A stretch of 63,803 nucleotides of DNA, the filler included, from Choristocarpus tenellus KU-1152 (lineage: Eukaryota; Protista; Phaeophyceae): assembly GCA_964200185.2 (NCBI GenBank). It is 11 parts of 11 records of this genome, joined end to end, with 100 filler letters (N's around TTAATTAATTAA, not from the genome) between each part and the next. Parts side by side here need not be neighbours in the genome. Positions count along the whole stretch, not along the records: positions 33,918 to 38,687 come from CAXNAD020013126.1; positions 38,788 to 41,638 come from CAXNAD020024203.1; positions 41,739 to 47,185 come from CAXNAD020010744.1; positions 47,286 to 51,251 come from CAXNAD020016887.1; positions 51,352 to 61,122 come from CAXNAD020003406.1; 6 more parts are not named here. One strand, given 5' to 3'. A model generated the notes under the pieces. The model ran no database searches, was not told where the DNA came from, and saw nothing but the letters and a program-made list of their open reading frames with translations. The stretch's first letter is position 1. Each line of letters begins with the position of its first letter. The position numbers and the translations under genes are program-made. Of this stretch, positions 38,233 to 52,634 are shown piece by piece.

Positions 38233-38409
38233 GACTCAAAGTATGTGGGGGGGGTGGCGCTGTCCATTTGGGGTCAATTTTTTCATGTCAAGATTTTTGG
38301 GCGATTTGGTTGCATAGGTCGGATGGATAATATGAATGCACTTTTCCTGGTTATGATCCAAATGGACACCCTGGCGTAGACCTCGCCCCCCCCCCAGATA
38401 TTTTGGGTC
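38233..38409. mobile_element. MITE family B, TSD TCT
   Basis: tct|gactcaaagtatgtgggg...cagatattttgggtc|tct. Confidence 0.85.
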
Positions 38410-39199
38410 TCTATTCTCATCCTTCATACCTACACAGTATACCCAGTAGTGTAGGGTTTCCATCATACTTAGGCGTTTATATTTCCAGACGGATGAGCCA
38501 CAGGCTTTTATCTGCACGCCTGCCATGTACTAGTGCAATTGTTATCAATAGACAGAAAAATAAACAAAACAATATTCTTGCAAAAACCCCCAAAAACCAG
38601 AGGGATTCCTGACCTTTTGGGGCGTTTAAATCTGCAATAGGTGAGTTTTCTCCATGTATCGACCCAAAGTATCTGGGGGAGGGGGGGNNNNNNNNNNNNN
38701 NNNNNNNNNNNNNNNNNNNNNNNNNNNNNNNTTAATTAATTAANNNNNNNNNNNNNNNNNNNNNNNNNNNNNNNNNNNNNNNNNNNNTGTTCTACATAAT
38801 GAGAGGAAATAATCGAGTTATTTACACACACAAGTCTTGGGAACACCAGTTTCTTTAACACAGCAAGCGCCACATCTACACCATCCCTCCACACTTTACT
38901 ACCGTCATATGTATACCGTACTGTAACGTAGATAAAATTACACTCATTAAGATGTATTCACTCATATGTATAGTACACCTTCCCAATAAAAGCATCTGCA
39001 ACCCATTGGATGGCTGGACAGACGACTCACAGTTCAAATCAAATCAACGTTCAAAGTCTCAATCTCCCTCCAATACTACCCTATGTATTCAATTGCACTC
39101 TTCAAGGATATTATACAGTATAGTATCAAAAACATCACTATGAATCAATGTAGCTGCACCACCATGGACCTCCCATCGCACGCACCGAGTAAACAACTT

Positions 39200-40987
39200 A
39201 TTTGCTGATAAAAAAATCGCGACTGCCAAAAACTTGAATGCCCGCTTGTTTGATTGCCCTTGCCTCGATTGCGCTGAAGCCAAGCCAGCTTTGCATTCCG
39301 GAGAGATGGTACGAAACGTCGTTTATGCCTCACTCTTCGATGGTTGTTCTTAAGCTTGCAAACCCGTCAGCTACTTGAGAGTACGATGGTGGAGGAATAA
39401 AGAATGGCCCCCGATGCGCTGCCTCCTCCCTTCAACCCATCGTCGTCCTCATCACCCGAGCTTTCATTGTGTGACTGGTACAATAATTTCTCGAGCATTT
39501 GGTCTTTCATGTCCTCTAGTGTTGCATTGACCACTTCATCGTTGTCTTTCACACTGATCCACGCTCTTCCTGTGTTGATTAGAAGTCTGAGACGGTTTCC
39601 TGCCAGGTTTGAGGTGCAGAGCGTCAAGTGCATTAGAGATATCCTCATTAATATATAGGGACACCTTGTGTAGGATGTTACCTCTATGAAAACAAATGAC
39701 CACCTGTGTGATACTACAATACACAGTACAGACATTAAAGTATGACAGAAAGGAGCGCAAATTTTCAAAAAAATGAAACCATGGTCCTCATCAGTAGACA
39801 GTCCATAAAGACAATTCAATCACGATCACAATTAAGCTATTTTCAGATTTTCAATCCACACGCTGATGCACCTCGGTATGTTTGGCGCCCCTCGTATACT
39901 TGGTGTCAGGCTTTAGCGCCTATGCTTTCTCCATGATGGTTCTTGCCTCCTTCAACTTGTAGAGGGTGCTGTGACCGATTCCAAACATTTGAGCAAACCG
40001 CAGGTCCCGTCATGGTGTTAGGAGTTTCAATGCTTCCACCTTCCCTCTGCAAAGCTCAAGTGTTTACGATTGTCGGCACCACGAGGCTTGTTGAACACGG
40101 CTTTCACCGTAGATATATTTGGCAGCACCTCCCCCTTCCCCTTGTTCTTGTTATCATGGCGCTTCGACGCCGTGTTGTAACCGGTTGGAGGACTCAAAAC
40201 CTTGCGATTGGTGGGGCTCACGAGCTTGCATGCGCGTTTCATTCACTGCAACCAAAAGGATCCGCAACGCTGCAAATGTCATGAAAATAGCTGGTACAAG
40301 GCGATACTTATGGCATGTATAGTGTGGTGGACTAGAAGTACTAACCTGCATGTTGTAGCTGGATCCCGCTGCGCAGGGCATCATTGTATCTGTACAATGC
40401 AGTAGTCTAAGCCTTGATCTGAGGTACTGTATATACTCTACTGTTCAGTACTGAGAGACAAAATACTGCTATGTTGTGTACTGCTGGTGTCGAGCACCTT
40501 TGTGCCTTGCTTTGTTATATTTTGCTTAACTTTAGACATGGTTATTTGTGAAACCCCTCGGTCCAGCAGTGAAACAAAATGCAAGTTTTGCTCGATATAA
40601 TAGAGATTTGGGAGGGAAAATTGAGTCAAAGCATCTCAGAGGGTAGGGCCGCGTCCATTTGGGACCCAAAATCCAATGCTGCGATTTCCATGTAATTTTA
40701 TCTGTCGTATTTGTTAGGAAGTGTCAGTATCCTTGTTCCGGACACAACTTTTCGTAACCTATACATTTTACCTTCTCCGAAACATTTTGGGTGGAAAATA
40801 TCATAAAAAAAAAACATGGGAAGCCAAGCCCCAAATGGACAAACAGGGCAAAACTGGTACCATCTGAGATACTTCCACTCAAGTCGAAACCTCTCTTATA
40901 GCCTGAAAAGCCGTGACAAGGCAATTTACCTTCTCTTATATATCGTTTTATTTAATATCGACCTCTCTTATATAGGTACACCGACTG
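39200..40987 (-). mobile_element. Internally deleted pogo/Tigger-like DNA transposon relic (CENP-B/Psq HTH plus acidic C-terminus, DDE core absent)
   Basis: Minus ~40065-39870 with frameshifts: RKHLSFAE.KVEALKLL...FAQMFGIGHSTLYKLKEAR...KYTRGAKHTE. ~39660-39215: WISVKDNDEVV..ESSGDEDDD..PPSYSQVADGFASLRTTIEE. End TA|CAGTCGGTGTACCTATATAAGAGAGG at 40987. Confidence 0.6.
40623..40880. mobile_element. MITE family A inserted in the pogo-like element end
   Basis: gagtcaaagcatctcagaggg...ctgagatacttccactc. Confidence 0.85.
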
Positions 40988-41810
40988 TACATATAGAGTG
41001 AATGGTAAATAGGGAGGTATGTCCATGATTTAACTACCTCGAATGTTAAAAAATATTACTTGTGCAGACATAGATTTAAATGCCTCCAACCTAGCTCAGT
41101 CCTGCACGCCAGGTCGAGGAGCTATATGGCATCAAACCGGGGAATCTTATAACACCTCGTCAAGCCCCAAATGGACCGCTTTGTCTAGATATTCCCTCTC
41201 CTCTAGGATGCTATGAGCCAGGATAATGTTGCGTTTTTATTTTGTTTTGGTTAGCAGAAGTTGGAATACATCTAAAATCGTTGCATACATTCCCAAGTTA
41301 CACATCTTACTCTGCAAGTTTTAGCAAATCTGAGTTCCTCTTTATAATGCTACCCACGCGAGTATACTGCTCGCGCTAGCTAGAACGCGGGAAGAAATGT
41401 TTGCGCTTATTTGCCTGTAACAGAACCTGGAGAGGATATTGGACTGTCCTGAAAAAGGACATGATGGGTCTCACGGTCGTCCGAGCTATGACACAATGCT
41501 CAAGGGTAATGATTCTTCTTCGGATTTGGTCTAGGCAGGGGGATTTTAGAGGGAGGTGTGTTCAAATGAAGGCTCAAAGTATCTGGGAGGGGGTGCCGGC
41601 TGTCCACTTGAGGTCATTTTGCCATGTCGCGATTTTTGNNNNNNNNNNNNNNNNNNNNNNNNNNNNNNNNNNNNNNNNNNNNTTAATTAATTAANNNNNN
41701 NNNNNNNNNNNNNNNNNNNNNNNNNNNNNNNNNNNNNNGGGGGTGGGGGTCGGTGGTTTCGGGGTGAGGGCTGGGGGGCGCTTCGGGGAGGCAGTAGTGC
41801 TGCTCTGTGG

Positions 41811-41862
<52 letters not shown>

Positions 41863-44800
41863 ACAAAAACTGTGTGTTAAGACGTGAGAGCTCAAGATTT
41901 GAGCGACGGGTGTTGACCTTCAACGGGCATAGTAGGAACAGGAATACCGTGGGACAAGTTAACGGATAACCAGCACCCTCTACATGCTTCTAGACGTACT
42001 CCAAGCATGGAAAAAATAAAAAGCATTTTAAGTACACCTCAGCGTTTAAGGGAGGAGGAAATTTCTTCGGGGAAAAAAGTTTCTTCAGGGAGAAATTTCG
42101 TTCCATTTCTTCCTGCGCAAGACCTCCCAACCAAGGACTTATGATGAGAGTACCACACATGGTAATATCCCAACCACATCAAAACACAGAACGGGATGAC
42201 AGTGATACCCAAATCGGTACCACCTCCTCACACAGGTACTGGCATACCTGTGACTTGACTCGTGTCAGGATTTCTTCAAACAGAGTGCTCTTGAGGTCGA
42301 GCTTTTGAACCACAAAGTTCGAACATTTATTCGCATCAACCCATTGATCTGAACCTCCACTTAGGGTTAGGGTTAGGGTCGAAACAGAAAAACTTCACAA
42401 AACAAATAAAAATGACAACCAGAAGTGTGACTAGAATAGGTGCCACAGGGCTTGATGGCGTGCCACAGAAGCCTCCTTCCTCCCCTGCCTTCTCATAACC
42501 TTACAAAGTAGGCTACAGGCACATTTTGAAGGCAGCTCAATGTGTTACCATAGAGTATGCATGCGCCAAAGGGCTTGCTGGGGTCCTACAGAGACAACAC
42601 TAAGTCACTCCCCACCCACTGCTCCAACCCAACTCTAAGTCCCTTCACTGGGAGAAAAATCAGATAAATAACTACAGCATATCACTCATGAAATCATTTT
42701 GTACAAGTCCAGGACTCAGTCAGCAGCATTCCAATCTGAGAGTATGGACTCGCAATCTATCTTCTACAAGAACGGGTACAGTACATCTAAATGTTGTCAC
42801 TGTTTTCACCCCAGTGACATCAGCTATCAACACAGTCAAAAAAACTTCTGATTCCTCTTTCTCAACTGGTTGAGTAATAAAAAAAAATGTAGTGCTGTAG
42901 ATATGCTACAAGTACAGTGAGCCAGCATCTTCCTTAGATGCTAAGAACAGGGCCATCATCACATTAATGAATGAGTACTCAGTTACCTAGCAACTTGTGG
43001 AGTATTCCATGCTGATGCTATCTTGAGTTGGGGTTACATTGGTGGATCATTGTAAGAAGTTGGGTTTTTCGGTAGTCAGGAAAGAGTTTTTATACAACCC
43101 CCCACAATATATATATATCAGTAGCTCTCTGGAATTGAAATGAGAATATATATATATATATATGCAGGTATACACGTAAGTGCCCTTTAATGCAATCTAC
43201 TATTGTACATCGTAGAATGTCAATCCAAAAATTGAACAGCACACGCTAGTCAGAGCCCAAGGCAATGTAGTACAAGCTAAAAACGTAAGAAGATCCGTTC
43301 ATGAGAAAAACAGAACCTGGTCTTTTGGTCAGATTGAATAAAGTTTATCCCAAGCAACAAAACTACAACGTAGGATCCATAAACTTGCTCAATAAATAGT
43401 GTCACGTCCAAGACTACACGTGCAGTACAAAAAAATCTTTCCCAGAAAGGGGTGGATGCGATTTTTTAGTAGGTCAAATCTTTTTTAAGGCGCAGAGAAT
43501 CTGAGGGCCACATCGACAGATGCAGACTATTTATGAGAAAGAAATAGAAAAAAAGAGAAAATTACAATAATAGAAAATGGTCTTGACATGAAATGCAGTC
43601 TTGAATCGATCCGAACAGATTCGATTGGAGGCAAGTGGCCAGGGGTGGAAAGGCAAAAACTCGCCCGTAGAGTAGGCGGTGAGCTGTATCCCGACCCACA
43701 TCTTTGGATAACTGTGCTGAGAGGAGAAACGGCGGGAAGAGATACTTCATACCGTTCGTTGAAGGTGTCGTTTTGGGTGGGGGACTTGCAGTTAAAAAAT
43801 TTGGACTAAGGAGTTTTACCTTACACACGTGCGCGAGGGGATGTTGAACGAAGAATCGTCAGGAGCAGCAAGGGCTAGAACCGGGATTGAGAACCGTTGA
43901 AGGAGAACATCTCGAGATGAGGGGAACTGAAACTAGGGATATGTTGACTTCTTTTAACATGGGAGTAGACTTGTTGGAGCTGCGACGATCAATTGTCAGT
44001 CTACCAAAGAGGTTCTCGTAGAGAAAGAGTACATCGAGTGTTGAGCGAACCATGTGTAAAAATTGACGCACGTAGGCCGACGAAAGGTAAAATGCAACTT
44101 GGCATTACCTTCAACAGAGCACCCCATAAAATACAGCCCCACTATAAATATCGGTCACCTTCCTGCAGGAGAAAACTTCCCTTTCGAACCAAAGAGAATA
44201 ACAGGTTACGCGCACCTTAACCCCGGAGGGGGAGATCAGCTTCGAGGCAACATCTGTATCCCCGAAACCACGTCCCACGTCTGCGTCCATCCCCGATCCC
44301 AACCTTTTCCTTATTTCGCCTCCACCACGAGATGGCACCTCGCCATGATAATCTCTGCTTGGTTTTCTTCCTATAGCGGAGACACTGTCACCATATGATG
44401 GCGGTGGTCCACGAGGTCTACCCGATGATGGAGGTCCTGATGATGGAAGGTTATCAATAGAGCCCCTCTCATACCTTGGATGCATGTTCTGCACTCCACC
44501 CTTACTTCCACGTGATGGTCTCCCACTACAGCTCAAGTCCCTAGCACTCCTAACTTTGCTATTTTTCTGTTGTTGCTTTGACGTGACGAAAATATTGACC
44601 CTCACCTCGTGTAGTCTCGCAGGCGAGCAGCTTAGTATATGGGTTATTATTTGTGACTACCGTATTACAATACTTCAGAGCCTCAGGACCTGCTACATCT
44701 AGGTAAAATACTGTCTGCGCTTCTAAAATAATATTTGTACTAATGGTTTTTATTGGTTCTTCCCCTCACACATCTTGTAGGACGGCAAATAATAAAAATG

Positions 44801-45971
44801 ATACTACTACTATACTATCTATATATGTACTATCATTATTTGCTGGGTTTACTTTCTGTAAATCTCAAGATCAGGTGTGGTATAGTTGGTTGTATTATGT
44901 CTGTAAAATGCTAGAGGGCATAATAATACTACAATAATATATAAAACATTATTGTCAAAGCAAATATTAGTCTAAAAACAACACAATATTTTAACATAGA
45001 AGGATATTTGTAAGTATTAGTATAGACTACAAAATTATACACAAAAAATAATATAAATACACATACTGTATTATTTGGATTGAGAAAGGGAAGGGACAGA
45101 GAAAGGGCGGGAACGGAGAACAAGGTAGGGATGGAAAAAACAAGGAAAATAAAAGTATTTTCTCAATTATCCCTAGATATATCCTCACATACCTCTAATC
45201 GATCCTATATATTACAAGAACAAATAAGAAACAGGACATTGACTAGAACCATTTTCATAGTGAGCCGGGATATTCTCCTACTATGTTGAAACATTTCAAG
45301 AAATCATTATATTGTGCAGAATAAAACCCCGTTTCATGATGAATCCTCCCAAACTCTATAAACTTTCCCTTTTTTGCAAACATGAGTCTATTGGTGGGAG
45401 AATCTGTGATTCGCAGAGGAATGTTGTGGGTGGGGATTGAATATTTCGAGAAGGACGACTTTCTGTTCTTCCCAAATTTGTTTATAACAAAAAAAAATGA
45501 TCCACTTCCTTGCACAAAGTATTAAAACAAGCGGGGAATGACCAAAATTACAAGATGAAATGGACAATGGTTTGGAGACGCACCTTTTTCGTGTCATTAT
45601 ATCCTCTTGATATTTTCAGAATTCAAAAAAAAAGCAACAATATTACGACTACTACCATATCTTACAGCCTTCCTCCAAGCGTGGGCGAGGAGCTAGGGAT
45701 ACACCCCAAGAATCTGTCAGGTCCCTTCTCGCCCACCTGCCTGGTGCCTCTAGCTTGAAACACAAGATGCGTCTCGAGAGAGTCATTTGGAGTTGTCTTA
45801 AGAGATCAAATGGCCACCACATTGCTATACCATCATGGGAGGCATATGGAACAGGTGTTACTTCATTGGTGTTTTAGTATTGTCATGCTATATCAACGTA
45901 AAGCACAAAGAGTGTATGTTAGGAAAGTAACAATTTCCAGGTGTGAAAAACCTACTCTCAAGATAGCAGCA

Positions 45972-46153
45972 GGCTCAAAGTATCTGGGGGGGGTGGAGGC
46001 TGTCCATTTGTGGCCAATTTTTTCATTTCGCGATTTTTAGGTGATTTGGTTCCATACGTTGGATGGATAATGAAAGTGCACTTTTCCTGGTTTTGGTCCA
46101 AACGGACACCACTCTGGTGTAGACCCCCCCCCTTCCCCCAGATAAATTGGGTC
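45972..46153. mobile_element. MITE family B, TSD AGCA
   Basis: agca|ggctcaaagtatctgggg...cagataaattgggtc|agca. Confidence 0.85.
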
Positions 46154-49100
46154 AGCAAAGGGGTGGGTCTGTAGATGTCACAGGAACTAGAGGCTTGACG
46201 AAGACCCTTTGGCAATCATACTCTCACAATATGAAAATACCACAAGGACAAAGACAATGTCAGATCTATGCCTGGGGAGAACAGTAGTATCAATATAATC
46301 AGCTGCCCAATCATAGGACAGATACAGGATATCTCTAATGACTGTAATAGATAATATATGGAAATCAGGGTCATGACTTGTCCTTAGGTAAGGGGGGAGG
46401 GAAGGGTGTGAAAGACAGTGGAAATGCAAATTATACTTATTTCACGCAAGCATCAGTGTGTAATTGTGGTGATGTGATGGGTGATGCATTGACAATAATC
46501 TGTGGTCTCGACACGTTGGTAAGAAAGAATGAACGATACCGTCAAAAATGGATCTAAGACACTCCATTAAACTGAGGCACCTTCTGCTATCAACAATAAT
46601 GCCTATCCCATACGGGAAATTGGCAAAGTCTGTCGCCAATGTATGTATCAGCCTAGTGAGGCCCGAGGATTATAAATTCTCGACTTGAACTCTCCTGCAC
46701 ACTCCAAAGAGCATCCTGACCCAACTGCAACACCTCTGGGTTGCATGGAAGCCTTCTAGTATGAGCTCTGCCGACCCTCATACTGCTATCCTTCTTCAGA
46801 GAGTACTTCTTTGTGTGTTGCCTGATTTGTTGAGCCTAGTTGAGCCCAGAATTGAAGGGTTTTCTGCACCTTCCCCAGTGCTGCAGCGGGGGCTCTATTG
46901 AAAGTGCACTTTGCTGGAAGGATCAGATCATCAAGGGTGCTAAGAGTAGTGCATTCCTCCAGGAACTGAACAGTGTTGAAGAACCACAAGTTCAGAATAC
47001 TGATGTCCAGACTGTTTGCAACCTGGTTGAACATATTGTCCCGTCCATCAGAGCAGCAGTCCATCTGCACCTCTCAGGGTCCTCATGGCTGTTGTGGCTC
47101 AAAGTATCTGGGATGGGGTGGCAGCTGTCCGTTTGGGGTCAATTTTTTCATCTCACGATTTTTGGGTGATTTGGTTGCATACATCNNNNNNNNNNNNNNN
47201 NNNNNNNNNNNNNNNNNNNNNNNNNNNNNTTAATTAATTAANNNNNNNNNNNNNNNNNNNNNNNNNNNNNNNNNNNNNNNNNNNNCGTTGCCCGGTGATT
47301 CTCTTCGCCACCCTTGCCTGAGTGAACCACGCCGCCACAGAATCACACGATTCACACCAAGGACATTTCGAACTCACGAAACTGATGCAGGAAGCAACAA
47401 AATTATTCCGCTAGAACTATGGTCCCGACACGTTTAAAAGACTTTCTATTACAAAGTTGAAGGGTTCGAACTTACAAAATGTCTTAAGGTAATAGTCAAA
47501 GGTTCTAATTAATATATTCTTGGTTATATTCTGCCACCACTACCTAGCACACAGCAGACAGATGGACACGCACGTCAGTCTTGTTTGAAGGTCGTCTACA
47601 ACTGCCATTAAAAAACAAAGGGTTTAACCCGCATGCTCCATCTCACCCCCCAAAACACAATCAACACCAACCCTGCACAATGATCTGATTGCTTTGGTCC
47701 ATTCTGGAAATATATAAATCCAGTTCAGTATATATATAATATATATATCGACCAAAATTTGAGAATAAAAGGAAGCGTAAAGGGATGCAATGCCAAAAAC
47801 TCAACAGGACAAGAACGAGAAGATCCAACAGACAAGTCACTCCCTCGAAAACACTGGAAGTTATTATTATCTCTACCATCAAGAGCACAAAAGACCAAAT
47901 AGGGGCATATTTCAACCCATCTTTACACGTAATAAGAATGAATCATATGAAGTCCCGTACAAATATCAGCAGTCTCCATCTGTACATAGAGTCACCGATG
48001 TTCTTGGGCTCGGTTTGCACTACTACCTATAGCTTCTTCCCAGTATAGGAGGGGAAGATCTCTACGTTTCCATATATGGAACCCAACAGAGCACTGCATA
48101 TGAATGAATGTGGGTGGTAGTGGCCTGTCCGCGAAGGGCCCATGCCATACTGCAATACAACAAGGCCTCAGGCACTTGTACCTTGAGTATCTGAATATTC
48201 AAACCCAAGTGATCTCCCAACTGCTCTATCTTTTTCGTTTTCATCATTCTCCATGAAACGACCCTAAGTCTGTTGGATCCGGTCGGGAATCTCCATTCAT
48301 CGCGATATGATCGCCATCACTGATCGAGCCCCTGAAATAGACAAACTTGTCAGTCTACCTGTACCTTTGCCTAGCTTTCCACAGCATAAACAATAAAAAT
48401 GATAAATACTGTTTAACATACATGGTCACCATGAGAGGACTGCGCTGGAAATGTCACTGATAAGATTCCCCTCCGCTTCTTGAGACCATCCTCGTATATT
48501 TGCTTGGATGACATCATTTTCATGAGATTTCTTCCCCTTCAATTTGTATTTCTTGTAATCCTTTGCAACAACTTCTACTACCTAGACTTAATTACCTGCA
48601 CGTCTGGAAATAAACTACATCTCGTTGTAGACTTAATCGTAATAGTGAATCTGATACAAGAGCAAGAATATGTGGCAAATACATTAAGATTATTTACTGT
48701 AATAAAGTGGATCGATGCTTATCAGAATCAACAGATATCCGACCACCTGTTACACCTGATTTCTGGCCATTTAGCCAATTAGATGATCCCTTTCAAATGT
48801 CGGATCAATCAGAAACGCCCTCCACTATTTTCCTCTCTCTGGTTGAAATAAGAGGACTGCGTATATACTTGTACTCTGGACAATGTCGTAGTAGTAGCAA
48901 GTCAAACAAAAACGAGAGGTACCCACAAGGGTGTTTCAAAAGCATGTGAAAAATTCGAAAGTTTTCAAACAATACGGGGAAGCAAACCCTCCCAAGCCAA
49001 ACTTAGAACATCAACGGAAACATGGGGTGAATGACGAAAGGCAAAAAGATAGAAATAAAATGTAAAACAGTCAAGATCAAAGGTCAAGATCCGGGTACTT

Positions 49101-50718
49101 TCTTGTTCACCTCGGCTCCAGAGTGTTTCTTGTTCTCGATGTCTGGCGCTGCTGCCGCCTACACCTCTCTTTCACATGAGGAAACACCCTAACCCTAACC
49201 CTAACCCTAAGCTCTCATCGCACCAAATATCACCAGGATTTTGTCACTACTATACCTAAAACGCTCACCAGCATATTAAACCGACTTTTATTTTAAGAAA
49301 AAAAGCCCAACGTAAAGCGGCAACTCCAGTCTTGCTTACTACACCCACGAAGGAGCTTCAACTGTGTACGTCATTGATGGGAGTAACCCCTTGTGTTGCT
49401 CGGTGGTTGCTTACTGTGTTTGGGTCTTGTCTTTGCAGTCCAAGGGCTTATGTATTAAACAGAATAATGCTCATGATGCATGGTGCGCCCCACCAAGAGA
49501 CCCAGCCCTTCTTCCGACAGACACTCGCACTACACACGCCGCATCTCCAGGAAAAAAAAAGAAAAAAAAGGTAGTGTTCGTGACGTTTTCTGACGCTGCG
49601 TTTCAGAACAATAAATGCAAAGAAGACAAGAAGAGTTCGTGAGAGAGCAGCGGGCGGTTGGAACCCAAGTCACTCACAACAACGCGTATGTACACAAGGG
49701 ATAAGCATGTCTTCTCCTGTGTGTCCGCCCAAGTCACCAAATGGACAAGGATAGAAAAAGAGAGAAATATGTATCTATCTGCCCCCCCTCTACACCAATC
49801 GATGCATGTTCACAAAGTGAGAGACAGACTCCTATTGGTCTCATGGTTTCCTTCTAACCCGAAGGGGGCACTTCAGGTTCCAAGAGCTCATGGATTGAGT
49901 GGAACCTCTGCAGCCTAGCTATGGAGGGGTGCAGCTAACCAAGCCTAGTGACCTTCGAAGCATCATTTCCCCCTCTCCGGCATAGAGAACCTCCAGAAAC
50001 CATTGGTGGACCACAGTGGCAGTACACTTGTAGAGAAGTCACATTGAATGCTACATAGGGGAAACGCTTGTCAAACATCAATACTAGTAGACAGTCCAAG
50101 TATAAAGAGACCTTTCGCATCCATCTACAACTCCAAAGGCCTAGAGGTCATGCAAATCGTAAAACACTCAACAGGAGGAACCTGCACAATGACATGGCAA
50201 AACCATCTGCCACCCTCCTTACATAGGATTTGAGAGCGTCTCCACTCCTGACGATGGATACATAAAAAAATATAAACTAAAAAGTCAGTTCCAAACCTAC
50301 AACAGACATCCCTCATTTCACCACTAGCAACTAAAGAAGGAGAAAAAGTCACACCCCACACATTCTAAACGACTCTCTGCCGGCTGTCATACCTCACAGA
50401 CCTTGCCCCTCTACATCTCACACAAAAAGCATACCCCAAAAGACAATTGAATGGAGCACTTCACTAGAGAACAGGCGAAGGGGGGACCCCCGCTGCAGCC
50501 TCTTGAGGAGAGTAAATCACCGGCAGCAGAAGCATTGCAGGGTCTTGAGGGCGAAGGGTTGAAACCATTCCTGGGATACCCAAATGCCTCAACCTTGAGC
50601 ACACTAGCTCGTGACCGGGAGGCCGAACCTATTCAAGACACTTCCAACTTCCAACATAGTCACCAAACTGTCTGAGAACATCCCCATGCTTTCAGGCCAC
50701 ACAACGCAGCAAAATTGC

Positions 50719-50762
<44 letters not shown>

Positions 50763-51854
50763 CCCCCCCCCCCCACCAAAAGCCTCCTTCCCCAAGGAGG
50801 GACGAACGGTGACAAGGCGCACACGGTGGGGGGAGNNNNNNNNNNTTCAGGCCACACAACGCAGCAAAATTGCTCCCCCCCCTCCCCTCCCCTCCCCGCC
50901 CCGCTCCCCCCTTTCCCACTCCGCCTCAAGAAAGACCTTTTCGCCACAAGGAGACAATACGTTGACAAGGCAACGAGAGCTGGGATTCGTTGCCGGGGTC
51001 ATGCGTTGTCCCCAACCCACCTGGCCTTGGCAAAGGAGAAGCACACTGCTAGGATCCATACGTTGGCAAGCAATCGACTCACATACTCCTCCCTTGGGAT
51101 GTAAGAAGACCCTCCTGTGATGAGCCGCAAGACATTGTACATGAACATCATCCCCTGGTGTCAATATCAAACAATGCAGGGGAACATTGGCAGGGGATTG
51201 AAGTGTGGGAAGGGGGGAGAGGGGGACCGAAGACAGATGCAATTGGGGTGGNNNNNNNNNNNNNNNNNNNNNNNNNNNNNNNNNNNNNNNNNNNNTTAAT
51301 TAATTAANNNNNNNNNNNNNNNNNNNNNNNNNNNNNNNNNNNNNNNNNNNNAAAGGGGAAAAAACGGCCCCCGCCCCCCCCCCCCCCCCCCCAGATACTT
51401 TGACCCCACAGTGCGGAGAGTAGATAGAGGTTGGGGATAGGGATATGGTTAGGGTTGGGGCACACTTAAGAGTAAATTTGGCAAGCAGTACGAAAGGCGC
51501 ATCGTGCTATTCGTTTTGACAACCACTTCACTACCTACTGAGGTGTGGGCTGACCTAGCAGGCGTTTTGTGCCTTTCCAGTCTTTTTGGTTTGGTTGTAC
51601 TTCGAAAATGCTCTGTCTGTACCTAGGGTGAATTATCGTACAAAAGACCGAGGGTTTTCAATCAACAGTCCTGATAGTAACAAAGAATTCATACCCTGGT
51701 AACACTCTGAGTTCTGTGTGTGTGTGGTTCAATGTCTTGGCTGCAAGAACCTTGGCAAAGCAAGGTTCTGGCAGGTTTCTTGGTCAGGTTTTACATGAAT
51801 GGAGTTTTACATGAATGAAGTATGGAACCACCAAAGTGGGGCAGAAAGTATATC

Positions 51855-52270
51855 GACAATGGTTCAGTACAGTACATACTTCAACAGTGGTTCAGTACAG
51901 TATATCAACAGCGGTTCAGTACAGTACATCAACAGCGGTTCAGTACAGTACATACATCAACAGTGGTTCAGTACAGTATATCAACAGCGGTTCAGTACAG
52001 TACTTCAACAGTGGTTCAATATAGTACATCAGCGATGGTTCAGTACAGTACATCAACAGCGGTTCAGTACAGTACATCAACAGCGGTTCAGTACAGTATA
52101 TCAACAATGGTTCAGTACAGTATATCAACAGCGGATCAGTACAGTACATCAACAGCGGTTCAGTACAGTATATCAACAATGATTCAGTACAGTACTCCAA
52201 CAGTGGTTCAGTACAGTACACCACCAACAATGGTTCAGTACAGTACTCCAACAGTGGTTCAGTATAGTGC
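51855..52270. repeat. Minisatellite, 24-bp unit (caacagcggttcagtacagtacat), ~17 copies
   Basis: Direct tandem array; it produces the spurious STAVQYST/YCTEPLL ORFs. Confidence 0.95.
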
Positions 52271-52634
52271 ATGACCTTTGTGTTTTGCGATTGTTACAGA
52301 GTAGTTGTACTAAGAAAGCTAATAGAGCAAAGATGAGTAGGATTTCGGAAACGTGGGGTTTCAATGTGTGTGTAGACTGTAGGTGTGTGTAGACTGTAGG
52401 TGTGTGTAGACTATAGCCTTGTGTGAGTGGTGGAAACCTCAGCTGCCCCAAATGAACTTATTGAGTTTTTTTGGGTACAAATAAAGTTTCATTCAGAGCA
52501 AAACTTTGCTGTACCTCAAGGACGAAGATTTATGTAGTGAGGGTTAGGGTTGGGATGAGAGTGCTTGATTGTGCACCTCCTGGGGTTGTTAGTTGTTCCC
52601 TATTACACCAAAGGTTGTGGAGGTTTTGTTCAAC

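Noticed and set aside
50690-50900. Poly-Pro/poly-Gly ORFs and local duplication (similar cases at 41811-41860, 32735-32830 and 61787-61900)
   Set aside because: Homopolymer C/G runs and sequence duplicated around 10-N gaps suggest low-complexity or assembly artefacts.
51799-52274. Repetitive ORFs (STAVQYST, YCTEPLL, QQRFSTV)
   Set aside because: By-products of a 24-bp minisatellite that is open in several frames on both strands.
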